A stretch of DNA of 20,000 nucleotides, from the IMG/VR virus record IMGVR_UViG_3300009370_000022; one strand, given 5' to 3'. Numbering within the stretch: position 1 is the first letter of the stretch; the number at the start of each line of letters is the position of its first letter. Position numbers and translations under genes: made by a program. Under the pieces are notes generated by a model. That model was not told the DNA's origin, ran no database searches, and worked only from the letters and a program-made list of their open reading frames with translations. This DNA comes from an uncultured virus (IMG/VR IMGVR_UViG_3300009370_000022) (lineage: Duplodnaviria > Heunggongvirae > Uroviricota > Caudoviricetes). Below are positions 1-8,687 of this stretch, piece after piece.

Positions 1-2365
1 GTACACTCTTTAAATTTTTAAGAGTGGTCATGTCTAATCCTCTTAGATTATGTTGTTTCAACATATTAGCATAATAAGCTTCTGCTGCTTTTAAACTTTC
101 AGGACCTCTAATTCCTAAAGCCCATAATGCATTCAATGGATCCGTGATCATTTCTCCAGCTTCCATTCCTTGTTTCCATTGCCACATTTTTTCTGGAATC
201 ATCATGGCTGGAATCATGGCCGTCCAACTTGTTAAATATCTTCCTCCTGGTAATCCTGCTTTAGCTAATGCTTGTCCTGCTCCTAACATAACGGGTAAAG
301 CTGCAAATCCTGACTTAACTGGATTGTCTGCAATCCAGTTTAATATTCCTTCTTGAGTTTCTGGATCTCCTGTTTCTGTGTTTACAAATTCACCCGTTGT
401 TGAATTATATTTCATCGACTGGTCCGTGATCCCTGTTTCGTCAGCCTCCGCATCTCCCATCAGGGCTGCCGTACCAAGGCCCACGGCTCCCGCTCCTGCG
501 ACCAGGGCTCCAAGTCTTCCGCCTTTAGGGATCTTGGATAAAAGTTGTCTAGCTATAGTTCTGAATTTTGTATTTTCACCTGGTTTAACTTTTGAGTTAG
601 CAGCTTCTTGTATTAGTTGATCAGGGTTTTCTTGTAATGCTTGTTGCACCTGCTTAGCACATCCAGGTCCTTGAGGGCCTCCAGCTGCTTCTCCTACTCT
701 AATATTTTTAACAGATGAAAGATTACAAATTGGACCTCCAGCTTGTCCTTGAGCAATAAAGTCTCTTATGTTATCTTCTATTTTAAACATTGCAGGATCA
801 TTTAATTTTCTAAATGATGCGGGAAGAATACTTGCTTTTGGTCTAACAGCTTCACTTCCCTCTAACATAATTCTACTTACTTCTGCAAGATTAGTATCGG
901 TGGAAGCTGCTACAATATTTTTTCTAAGATCTAAATTATCAGCTAATTCGTTTATTAAATTTTTATTTTTATCTAAAATATTAGTTGCTCCAAAATCAAC
1001 AATTTTAGTGACTCCAATTTTTTTACCACCCGGTTGAACTCTAATTTTACCCAAACTAGATTTATCCCCGGTCATCGTTTTCCAAATACCTTCCAATTGT
1101 TCTTGATTAGTTAAATATTTTTTATAAGTAGACATGTCATTATTAGAAATAGCTTCTTGCATTCTTCTTAAATTTAATTGGGATCTTCGATCAAAAGTAG
1201 ATTTAATAGCATTAATATCTTTCATCATAGGAGTAACCGCTAAAAATTGAGTTAAATTCCCATTTTTAATAGCTCGATAGGAAGCTGCATGATCTAAGTT
1301 AATCCACTTACTATCTATTCCATTATTTTCCATGGCTGCTTTAAACATGTTGAACTCTCTTAATTTCTTGAGAGCTGCTTTTCTTTCAGGAGAACCATCT
1401 TGCGTGGAAGCTAAAATACTTTGAAGAATAGTTCGTTGATATGTTTTTTCTAAAGACTCAGATTCATAAACTTTTTGTCTAACTTTTTCTAATTCTTTAT
1501 CACTATATTGTTTTAAAAATAAAGGTTGATCTGCTCTATTAGTTTTAGCAAGATTTCTCATCAACTTATTCATGTTGCCTTTAAGACGACCTGAATTAAA
1601 TTCAAGTTTCTTCATTAAGGAATCAAAATCATTATCGCCTGCTAAGATAGCTTTAAATAATCTGTTTTGATTTTTAGTGTATTTTAAGCCACTAGTATAT
1701 CCAGTGAATTTAGCTCGTTGCTTTTCATTCAGTAAAGAAGTTTTTCCTTTATCAGTTCTTTGATACATAGTTTTGGCCTCTTCATTACCACCAAAAACCT
1801 TATCTAACCCTTTTCCTTCTTCTAAATTAATAGTTGGATTTTCTTTAACGATTCTATCGATTACAGCCCTATTTAAATCTGTTGGAGAAAAAGGATCTCC
1901 CTCTGCTGCTAATCTATTGAATTCATCTAAAAAAATAGGGTTATAACTCTCATGTAAAATTATTTTTTGGGCTTTGTTTAAAGGGGTAGTCTGTTTTTTA
2001 ATATTTTCTAATTCATAAGACTTATTCTCAATTAATTGATTTTTTATTCTTTGTTTTTCTTCTTTGAGTTTTATTTTTTCCTTAATCTTATCTAATCTTT
2101 TTTGTTCTTTTACCTCTTTTTTATTTTGTATAATTCTTAATTTTTGTTCTTTTTCTTTTTTCTTACGTAGTCTTGCTTTTTCTCTTCTTGCCGGTCCATA
2201 TTTTTTTTCATATTCTCTGGCTTTTTTAGATTCATTCTTTTTTCTTATCCCAGCAATCCACTCTTTGCTTCCTATATAATGAGTTTGAGTATCTCTTGGA
2301 CCTATATACGTGCTATAAGTACCAGAGTTTTTGCCAGTGCCTTTTATGGTTTGTTTAATGGCCAT
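1..2365 (-). CDS. Large virion/ejection-type protein (>788 aa, runs off window start); Lys-rich N-terminus, HNH-like motif, Gly/Ala-rich hydrophobic segments
   Basis: Not in ORF track; hand-translated from ATG 2365 (TAATG overlap with upstream stop): MAIKQTIKGTGKNSG... open to position 1. Contains WINLDHAASYRAIKNGNLTQFLAVTPMMKDINAIKSTFD (~1195-1306), QAGGP/EAAGGP and PKGGRLGALVAGAGAVGLG. Confidence 0.85.
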   Translation of the reverse strand, partial: MAIKQTIKGTGKNSGTYSTYIGPRDTQTHYIGSKEWIAGIRKKNESKKAREYEKKYGPARREKARLRKKKEKEQKLRIIQNKKEVKEQKRLDKIKEKIKLKEEKQRIKNQLIENKSYELENIKKQTTPLNKAQKIILHESYNPIFLDEFNRLAAEGDPFSPTDLNRAVIDRIVKENPTINLEEGKGLDKVFGGNEEAKTMYQRTDKGKTSLLNEKQRAKFTGYTSGLKYTKNQNRLFKAILAGDNDFDSLMKKLEFNSGRLKGNMNKLMRNLAKTNRADQPLFLKQYSDKELEKVRQKVYESESLEKTYQRTILQSILASTQDGSPERKAALKKLREFNMFKAAMENNGIDSKWINLDHAASYRAIKNGNLTQFLAVTPMMKDINAIKSTFDRRSQLNLRRMQEAISNNDMSTYKKYLTNQEQLEGIWKTMTGDKSSLGKIRVQPGGKKIGVTKIVDFGATNILDKNKNLINELADNLDLRKNIVAASTDTNLAEVSRIMLEGSEAVRPKASILPASFRKLNDPAMFKIEDNIRDFIAQGQAGGPICNLSSVKNIRVGEAAGGPQGPGCAKQVQQALQENPDQLIQEAANSKVKPGENTKFRTIARQLLSKIPKGGRLGALVAGAGAVGLGTAALMGDAEADETGITDQSMKYNSTTGEFVNTETGDPETQEGILNWIADNPVKSGFAALPVMLGAGQALAKAGLPGGRYLTSWTAMIPAMMIPEKMWQWKQGMEAGEMITDPLNALWALGIRGPESLKAAEAYYANMLKQHNLRGLDMTTLKNLKSV

Positions 2366-4839
2366 TAAACCCCCCTAAACATGGAGCCTACACCACCGCC
2401 TGCTGCGTTTTTAGTTCTTGGTGTTTTTTGAAATGTTTGTATAATCTCTTCAGGACCCATTCCTTTTTCTTGCATCTTTAATGCTTCCCTCATTGTTGCT
2501 TTAACTTCTGCAATTCTTTGAGGATTCTTATCTGCTAAAATATTATTAATTAAATCATCCGTAATTCCTGGGAATTCCATTTGTAACTGATATCTTTCTG
2601 CAGATTGAGGTAAACCTAAATCTTTAAGTTGTGAAATTTCTTTTTTAATTCCACTTAATTCATCTTTAACAATAGGAGAATCGGCTTTTCTAATATAATT
2701 ATTAATATCTAAAAATTGATCTGGCATACCTCTTTGAATTCTTAAAAAATCAAACATTGCAACATTACCCCCTAGTTCTTCAGTAATATCTAAAGCCACT
2801 AATCTATTTTTAACTCCCTGTCTGATTTGTCTCATATCTTCCCAATTAGGATGACGTCTTGATGGAAGGGGACCTAATTTTTTTAAAGTATCTTTTGCTT
2901 TAGCTCTTTCAAGCGCAATCCAATTTGATGGAACTTTCTTACCTAAATAATCTACCGCATCTGGTCTAAAAAATTTTTCTTGTAATAACCATGTTGTATG
3001 ATCTGTTGATTCGGGGTCCAAGAAGTGTTTATTTTTAGTTGGAGTTGCAATAGGCCCCATCACTTTAGCTTCAGCTGCGGTCATTAAATCTTGGGTATCT
3101 AATTTCATATTAAAATCTTCAAATAGTTTTCTAGTTGCTTCATCTTCAACTGCTGTTTCAGGTCGGTCTATATCTGCAGCTTTTTTCAAGGTTCCTTCTC
3201 CAAATTTATCGTCTACTTTTTTAATTAAACTTTGAATTCCTTTTTTTCCGGAACCTTTCCACATTCCTACTCTTCCACCTTCAGCTAATCCAAACATTTC
3301 CAATTTCTTTTTCAGAGTCTCCCACCAATCTGTTGTAGCTTTTTGTCTAGTTGATTTATCTAATAAAATATCACCTGGTCCAACAAAAGGGTTCTTTTCA
3401 AAATTTCTTTCAAGACCTTCTTGAACCTCCCATGGCTCAAGTTCTATTTTTTTAATCTTAGGTATTCCAGAGGTAGAAGCATAAGCTCTGGCTATGTCTT
3501 TATCAGGCGAAAAAAATCCTCCTTTTAAGTCTTCGTCAAAAGTAGATTCTTTCATATATTTACCCCATCCTGCATCCGTTTGATCTTTTATCAATTGGTC
3601 ATGAGTTTTTTTCCACTCAGGATCGTCTTTAAACTCCCCCAAATGACCTTCACTTTTATCACCTCTATAATACGTCTTTTTAGGACGTTTATTCCATTCA
3701 TCGATTTGATAAGCTAAAGATCTTTTATTCGCAAGAATTCTATTCTCATTAATCTTAGCACCACTCATTTCATCCGCTGTTGTTATAAAATCGTCAAGAA
3801 TTTCTTTTTCAAAAATTTTACCTTCATCATCAAGATCCCTTACTTTTTTAAACATACTTTCTAAACCTTTTTTTTCACTTAAATTTTTATTAGCCCAATC
3901 TTTAATTTTATGGACTAAATTTTTAGTAGCGTCTTTAGATCCATATTTTAATCCCACTCTTCCACCTTGATTAAATGGAATATCGTCGTCATCAGGTAAT
4001 TTTGGTTTAATTTCTTCTGCCTCTGTTAGAACATATCTCCCATCTCCAACATCTGCTTGATTTAAAGGTTTTAAAAACTGATCATCAACATTTTCTCTTA
4101 ATAATTGTTCATAATGTTTGTAGCTTTCACCTTTTTCGAAAACCGTTACAATATCTTCAACGTTTTTAATTGCATCATCTCCATAAAGTCTTTGAAACAC
4201 TAAAATAGGATCGTGTTCAATCATTGGCGAATATTTCAGAACTCTTTCTTTATCTAAGTCGTTTAATTTCAATCTTCCGTTTTTAAACTCGGTTTGAAGG
4301 AATTCTCTAAGTGCTGTTCTCATATTTCCTTCGGCATACATGCTACCACCAAAAGATTTGTTATCTGGAACTTTAAACGGGTCTCCTCCATGTCCAGCGG
4401 TTAATAAAGCCTTCTCCAGTTCTTTTTCTGCAAAAGTTTTAGCTTCATCAGTTGATGTTTTTAAATTTTTGGCAGCATCTTCTAAATCTGTCATAGCTTT
4501 CATCATAGAACCCACTCCTTGAGTGTCTACACCTCCTCCACCAATACTTTTGTAAGTATTAAGATTATTTAAAAAATTTACCGTCTCTGCATCATTAGCA
4601 TTCATGATGAATTTTGCTTCATTAGCAAAAGCATCTAATGCATCACCCATAGTTTTATTTTGAGAACGCATTGCCTCTAACATGTTGGGCTTAAATGGAT
4701 TAATGTCCTTACCGCTAGTAATTCTTTGAATATTAGTACCTCTACCCATGATATCACTTGCTTTGATACCAATTCCTTCTAAAGCTTCTAAAACTTTTTT
4801 CTTTAGGATCTCAGATGTGACTCCAGGTATTTTTGGCAT
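2365..4839 (-). CDS. 824-aa modular phage protein (putative injected/internal virion protein) with ART-like module between two GGRVG motifs
   Basis: ORF track; FNQGGRVG, LAEGGRVG and C-terminal NAAGGGVG; between the first two lies YYRG...GFFSPDKDIARAYA, resembling the ADP-ribosyltransferase fold. Confidence 0.8.
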   Translation of the reverse strand: MPKIPGVTSEILKKKVLEALEGIGIKASDIMGRGTNIQRITSGKDINPFKPNMLEAMRSQNKTMGDALDAFANEAKFIMNANDAETVNFLNNLNTYKSIGGGGVDTQGVGSMMKAMTDLEDAAKNLKTSTDEAKTFAEKELEKALLTAGHGGDPFKVPDNKSFGGSMYAEGNMRTALREFLQTEFKNGRLKLNDLDKERVLKYSPMIEHDPILVFQRLYGDDAIKNVEDIVTVFEKGESYKHYEQLLRENVDDQFLKPLNQADVGDGRYVLTEAEEIKPKLPDDDDIPFNQGGRVGLKYGSKDATKNLVHKIKDWANKNLSEKKGLESMFKKVRDLDDEGKIFEKEILDDFITTADEMSGAKINENRILANKRSLAYQIDEWNKRPKKTYYRGDKSEGHLGEFKDDPEWKKTHDQLIKDQTDAGWGKYMKESTFDEDLKGGFFSPDKDIARAYASTSGIPKIKKIELEPWEVQEGLERNFEKNPFVGPGDILLDKSTRQKATTDWWETLKKKLEMFGLAEGGRVGMWKGSGKKGIQSLIKKVDDKFGEGTLKKAADIDRPETAVEDEATRKLFEDFNMKLDTQDLMTAAEAKVMGPIATPTKNKHFLDPESTDHTTWLLQEKFFRPDAVDYLGKKVPSNWIALERAKAKDTLKKLGPLPSRRHPNWEDMRQIRQGVKNRLVALDITEELGGNVAMFDFLRIQRGMPDQFLDINNYIRKADSPIVKDELSGIKKEISQLKDLGLPQSAERYQLQMEFPGITDDLINNILADKNPQRIAEVKATMREALKMQEKGMGPEEIIQTFQKTPRTKNAAGGGVGSMFRGV

Positions 4840-5978
4840 TATATGTCCCTGCTTCTTCCTGAAAGTGGTATGTCCATTAATCCACCCCGAGCTAAACCAT
4901 AAGCTTTTACTTTTCCACCTGGTCCAACTCTGCTTGAAGTTCTTGCTACGTTTTGAGCTCTAGTTGTACGTGCTGGAGTGCTTTTTAAAAATGCACCTCC
5001 TGTTGGTTCTTCTTGTCTACCTGGACCAGCTTGAGTTACGTCTCCAGTTGCGCCACCTTTATAATCAAGGCCATGATACCAGTGAGTAGGTGCTCGTCCG
5101 CTTTCATAACTCTTTTTGTATTTTTTGTGTTTTGCAACTTGATCAAAATATCTGTTTACTAGTGGTTTAATTCGTTTCAAATAATTGTTCACGGCTCCCA
5201 CAGAGCCTAGTTGATCAATCATATATTTTTTACTTAAATCACTTCTGCTTGTACCAAACCAAATATCTGTAAAATTATCTGATTCTTCTTCATCAGGATT
5301 CATCATCTTTGCTCTTTCTATATCCCTAGCTCTGGTAAAAAATTCACCCATCTCATGGTCAGAAAGTTTATGCGGCCCATATCCAATTTCTATACCTTTT
5401 GCTTCATCAGCAATAGGTTTAAAACCACGTTGTGTATCTAAACCATGTGCAACCTCATGACTTAGTATATCTGTTATATATTTATTTATATCTGCCTGAT
5501 TTGCTGTTTGGTTTCTACTTGAAGTAGTCATATTACCCTCAACAATGTCTGTCATTCCAAAATCTTTTATTGGTCCAGGATACCAATCAGGAGCAGGAGA
5601 CAGTTCATTTCTAGGTGAAGTAGGAAAAGTTCCATAAGCTTCCATCAGCTTGGGTTTTATTGCTTGGCGCGCACCATAACTCGATCCGTGAGGAAACGAA
5701 CCAGCTGGCAGAAGTTCAACATTTAAAGGTTGATAAGGGTCTTCTACATCCCATTGTGAATAACTTGTTTTATCGGTATCAAAATCATAATCTTGGGAAT
5801 AATAATTTTCACCTTCAGGAACAAGAGTTGGGTCTATCTTATACAAAGGACCTTTTGGTGGACTAAAATAATCTTCAAATTGTAACTCTTGATATGGATA
5901 AAGCCCAGCGTCAAATTCTGGATATCCTTGTGATTGCAACTCCATAAGTTTATATTGTAAATCTGTAATTCCAGACAT
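4839..5978 (-). CDS. 379-aa protein with zincin-like metallopeptidase motif
   Basis: DILSHEVAHGLD (HEXXH at 5445-5459) with downstream HEMGEFF; C-terminal YGLARGGL motif; TAATG overlaps at both ends. Confidence 0.75.
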   Translation of the reverse strand: MSGITDLQYKLMELQSQGYPEFDAGLYPYQELQFEDYFSPPKGPLYKIDPTLVPEGENYYSQDYDFDTDKTSYSQWDVEDPYQPLNVELLPAGSFPHGSSYGARQAIKPKLMEAYGTFPTSPRNELSPAPDWYPGPIKDFGMTDIVEGNMTTSSRNQTANQADINKYITDILSHEVAHGLDTQRGFKPIADEAKGIEIGYGPHKLSDHEMGEFFTRARDIERAKMMNPDEEESDNFTDIWFGTSRSDLSKKYMIDQLGSVGAVNNYLKRIKPLVNRYFDQVAKHKKYKKSYESGRAPTHWYHGLDYKGGATGDVTQAGPGRQEEPTGGAFLKSTPARTTRAQNVARTSSRVGPGGKVKAYGLARGGLMDIPLSGRSRDI

Positions 5979-7447
5979 TAATAATACTCCCTTTTCATAG
6001 GTTCTCGTTTTTCATCTTTGTAATCTTCCGGGTGAGGAAGAAAACCGCCTTGTCTGAAGCGCATGATAGCCTGTGTTGTTGAGTCCACAAGGTCATCGTG
6101 GTCGCCATAAGGGAATGCTGCGCATTCTTCTATGACTTCCTCCGCAAACTTCTGTTCTGGCGCCCATATAATACCACTTTCGAACAAAGGTGCAACTGAA
6201 TTGACCCTTACGTGCTTGTCATTGCCCTTCGATGGTGTGAAGTTCACAACCGGAATATCCATCTGACGAAGTTCGTGAGTCAGCGGAAGGCCCGATGCTT
6301 TCGATTCGATAATTACAGTTTCAGGTTGCCAATATTTGTACTGTTCCAAGGCCCGTCGTCGAAGTTCCGGGAATTCATAACGACCTTTTAGTGAATCGAG
6401 TAAAATTAAGTTCAAAGGAGAGTCTTCATTTGGGTAAAAAACGCCCCAAGTCGTAATTGCACTAAAATCGGCCGTTTCTTTTTTCATAAATGCAGTATCG
6501 TAAGACTGAATTACGTGTTGAAGCGTTGGAATCCAATCTTTATCCCATTTTCGCCACCATTCTCGCTTAATTATTGCTCCTTCTTCAGAAGTGGGTCCTT
6601 GCATCCACTGTGCATTCCATTTTGCAACCGGAAGAGTTGCTTTAACTTTCTCTAATTCGTCCTGATTCCAGTATTCTGGCCACATTGGTTTTCCATCTTC
6701 CATGATTGCCGGAAATTCGATTACTTCCCATTGGTCTGCTTTAACTTCTTTTTGATTTTTTAGTAACATTCCCGTTAAATCTTTAGTACTCCAACGAGTC
6801 ATTACACAAACGATAGATCCCCCTGGTTGAAGACGTTGACGTGGTCCAGAAGTATACCATTCATACGCACTTTCTAACTTAGTTTCGCTTAATGCATCTT
6901 GTTCAGAATGAGGATCGTCAATAATTAATAAATCAGCACCCCGGCCGGTGATGGCACCGCCGACTCCAGCAGCGAAATACTCGCCGCCTTGTGCTGTCTC
7001 CCACCTCCCAGCGGCTTTGGAGTCCTCTTGTAATTTTGTAATAAAAATTTTTTTATATTCTTCGGAATCAATTAAGTGTTTTGCCTTACGACCAAAACGA
7101 ATTGCTAATTCTCCAGTGTGAGTTGCTTGAATGATTTTTAATTTTGGATTACGGCCCACCATCCACGATGGCAGAAGATAAGACGCAAATTCTGATTTTG
7201 TATGTCTTGGTGGCATATTGATGATTAATCGCTTAATTTCACCAGTAGCCAACTTATTAAATTTTTCTGCGACGTGTCTGTGATGAGCACCCTCAATAAA
7301 ATCAGGCCATACACACTTTACAAAGCTCAAAAAATCACTTTTAGCTTTATTCTGTATCTTTTTTTCAGCATGCATTACCTGATAACGCTTATAGGTCTTC
7401 CGGACATCCGCAGGTAATTTTGAAATATCTACATTATCTAGGTTCAT
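5978..7447 (-). CDS. terL: Terminase large subunit
   Basis: Walker A-like INMPPRHTKSE, Walker B LLIIDDP, GGAITGRGAD, nuclease motifs QSYDTA, IIESKASG and HDDLVDSTTQA; 489 aa. Confidence 0.96.
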   Translation of the reverse strand: MNLDNVDISKLPADVRKTYKRYQVMHAEKKIQNKAKSDFLSFVKCVWPDFIEGAHHRHVAEKFNKLATGEIKRLIINMPPRHTKSEFASYLLPSWMVGRNPKLKIIQATHTGELAIRFGRKAKHLIDSEEYKKIFITKLQEDSKAAGRWETAQGGEYFAAGVGGAITGRGADLLIIDDPHSEQDALSETKLESAYEWYTSGPRQRLQPGGSIVCVMTRWSTKDLTGMLLKNQKEVKADQWEVIEFPAIMEDGKPMWPEYWNQDELEKVKATLPVAKWNAQWMQGPTSEEGAIIKREWWRKWDKDWIPTLQHVIQSYDTAFMKKETADFSAITTWGVFYPNEDSPLNLILLDSLKGRYEFPELRRRALEQYKYWQPETVIIESKASGLPLTHELRQMDIPVVNFTPSKGNDKHVRVNSVAPLFESGIIWAPEQKFAEEVIEECAAFPYGDHDDLVDSTTQAIMRFRQGGFLPHPEDYKDEKREPMKREYY

Positions 7448-7585
7448 AGGAGTCCCAATAAGTTTTTAACAGCTATGACACTCTAAATCAAGCCATAAAG
7501 AGAAAAGCAGTGGGACCCCTTTTTAAAAAAAGGTTTTTAAGGTTAGGGTGGGGGGATTTTTGGAGCTGGGCCGGGGCCCGATATG

Positions 7586-7613
7586 AAAAGCAGGGCGCGT
7601 TAGCGCCCTGCTT
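7586..7613 (-). terminator. Rho-independent terminator for the minus-strand early genes
   Basis: 11-bp stem AAGCAGGGCGC-GTTA-GCGCCCTGCTT with a T-run on the minus strand, just past the stop of 7625..7864. Confidence 0.8.
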
Positions 7614-7624
7614 AGGGTTGATGA

Positions 7625-7864
7625 TTAGTCTAGCAAGACCATGTAAGCTTTGGCATTGTGTCTACGAAACCAATCAATGTTCTTACGAACAGTGTTCCAG
7701 TGTCTACTTGCACCGTAACCATGTAACTTGTCATCAGCAGTTGCTAACATCTCAGCTACAAATAACTCGTCATGTTTCTTTGCCTCTTCATCAGTTAACT
7801 GAATAGATTCACCATTAAATCTATTTGATCTGATGTTATGTGTTTGTGTGTTTGTTTTATTCAT
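7625..7864 (-). CDS. Hypothetical phage protein (79 aa)
   Basis: ORF track; own promoter immediately upstream and terminator downstream. Confidence 0.8.
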   Translation of the reverse strand: MNKTNTQTHNIRSNRFNGESIQLTDEEAKKHDELFVAEMLATADDKLHGYGASRHWNTVRKNIDWFRRHNAKAYMVLLD

Positions 7865-7870
7865 ATGGTT

Positions 7871-7898
7871 ATCCTACATTATCCATTGTTATTGTCAA
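7871..7898 (-). promoter_or_regulatory. sigma70-type promoter TTGACA-N16-TAGGAT
   Basis: Minus strand reads TTGACAataacaatggataatgTAGGATaaccatATG. Confidence 0.65.
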
Positions 7899-8247
7899 CT
7901 GATTTGATTGTAGTTCTTGTTGCCATATATGGTACTCGTCGTTCCTTACCAAAGTCATATCTTTCGCTTTCGTACTTTTCTTTCTCAACTTTGATTGGAG
8001 TTTCAAGAGCCTCGCGCCTTGGTGCAATGTTAGCAATAGTTGTTGCATGTAATTTTAAGAAATCATGTAGACATCTATTATTACAAAAATAATCCCAAAT
8101 ATTAGGCTGCTCGTCGCCGGAGTAATTATATCTGCCCCATTTAATTTTAATAGTTCTTAAAACTTTATTTGTACCTGAGCCACGAACTCTTGATTGTGTT
8201 TGTTGAGTATGACACTCAGGACCATGACACCAATTATAGTTGCTCAT
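7879..8247 (-). CDS. Hypothetical Cys-containing protein (CHGPEC...FCNNRC, possible Zn-binding)
   Basis: Track ORF 7879..8292; start revised to MSNYNW at 8247 because GGAGAGG SD precedes it. Confidence 0.8.
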   Translation of the reverse strand: MSNYNWCHGPECHTQQTQSRVRGSGTNKVLRTIKIKWGRYNYSGDEQPNIWDYFCNNRCLHDFLKLHATTIANIAPRREALETPIKVEKEKYESERYDFGKERRVPYMATRTTIKSVDNNNG

Positions 8248-8401
8248 TATTTTTCCTCTCCAAGTTATTATCAATATACAAAACCACATCACCTAATCTT
8301 AATTGTAGCTTGCCGATAACTTTTTCAAGTGTAAATATTCTTCTCTCTAACTTATCAACTATATTAAAAAGTGTTTTAATTTCTTCTTTAGATTTATTCA
8401 T
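8234..8401 (-). CDS. Small coiled-coil hypothetical protein (55 aa)
   Basis: Hand-translated MNKSKEEIKTLFNIVDKLERRIFTLEKVIGKLQLRLGD...; ATGA overlap with 8398..8625 fills the gap in the operon. Confidence 0.7.
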   Translation of the reverse strand: MNKSKEEIKTLFNIVDKLERRIFTLEKVIGKLQLRLGDVVLYIDNNLERKNNEQL

Positions 8402-8625
8402 GCTTTCCTCACACTATAATTTACTGCTGTTCTTGGGTGTTCACTATCAATATCCCAAAAGTTATAACAAGGATTTCCTTTTAAATCTGTCCATTGTTTT
8501 GATTTAAATGTTGTGAAATCGCCACTCCACTTGTCCTCGTATTCGTATTCATCAACACCTCTACAAGTCGCAAATTTATTTCTAGATTTCATAAACCAAG
8601 AAAAGTATTTTATTTGTTTTGTCAT
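8398..8625 (-). CDS. Hypothetical phage protein (75 aa)
   Basis: ORF track; promoter directly upstream; coupled to the next gene. Confidence 0.8.
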   Translation of the reverse strand: MTKQIKYFSWFMKSRNKFATCRGVDEYEYEDKWSGDFTTFKSKQWTDLKGNPCYNFWDIDSEHPRTAVNYSVRKA

Positions 8626-8648
8626 CTGTATTTCTTCTTTCTGTTAAT

Positions 8649-8684
8649 GAGGTTATCCTATCATAAATAGGATAACCTCGTCAA
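8649..8684 (-). promoter_or_regulatory. Promoter TTGACG-N18-TAGGAT overlapped by a perfect 13-bp inverted repeat
   Basis: GAGGTTATCCTAT-cataa-ATAGGATAACCTC at 8649-8679. Confidence 0.65.
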
Positions 8685-8687
8685 GTG

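Noticed and set aside
144..2279. Short + strand ORFs (144, 378, 768, 2064)
   Set aside because: Antisense shadows of the long minus-strand ORF 1..2365.
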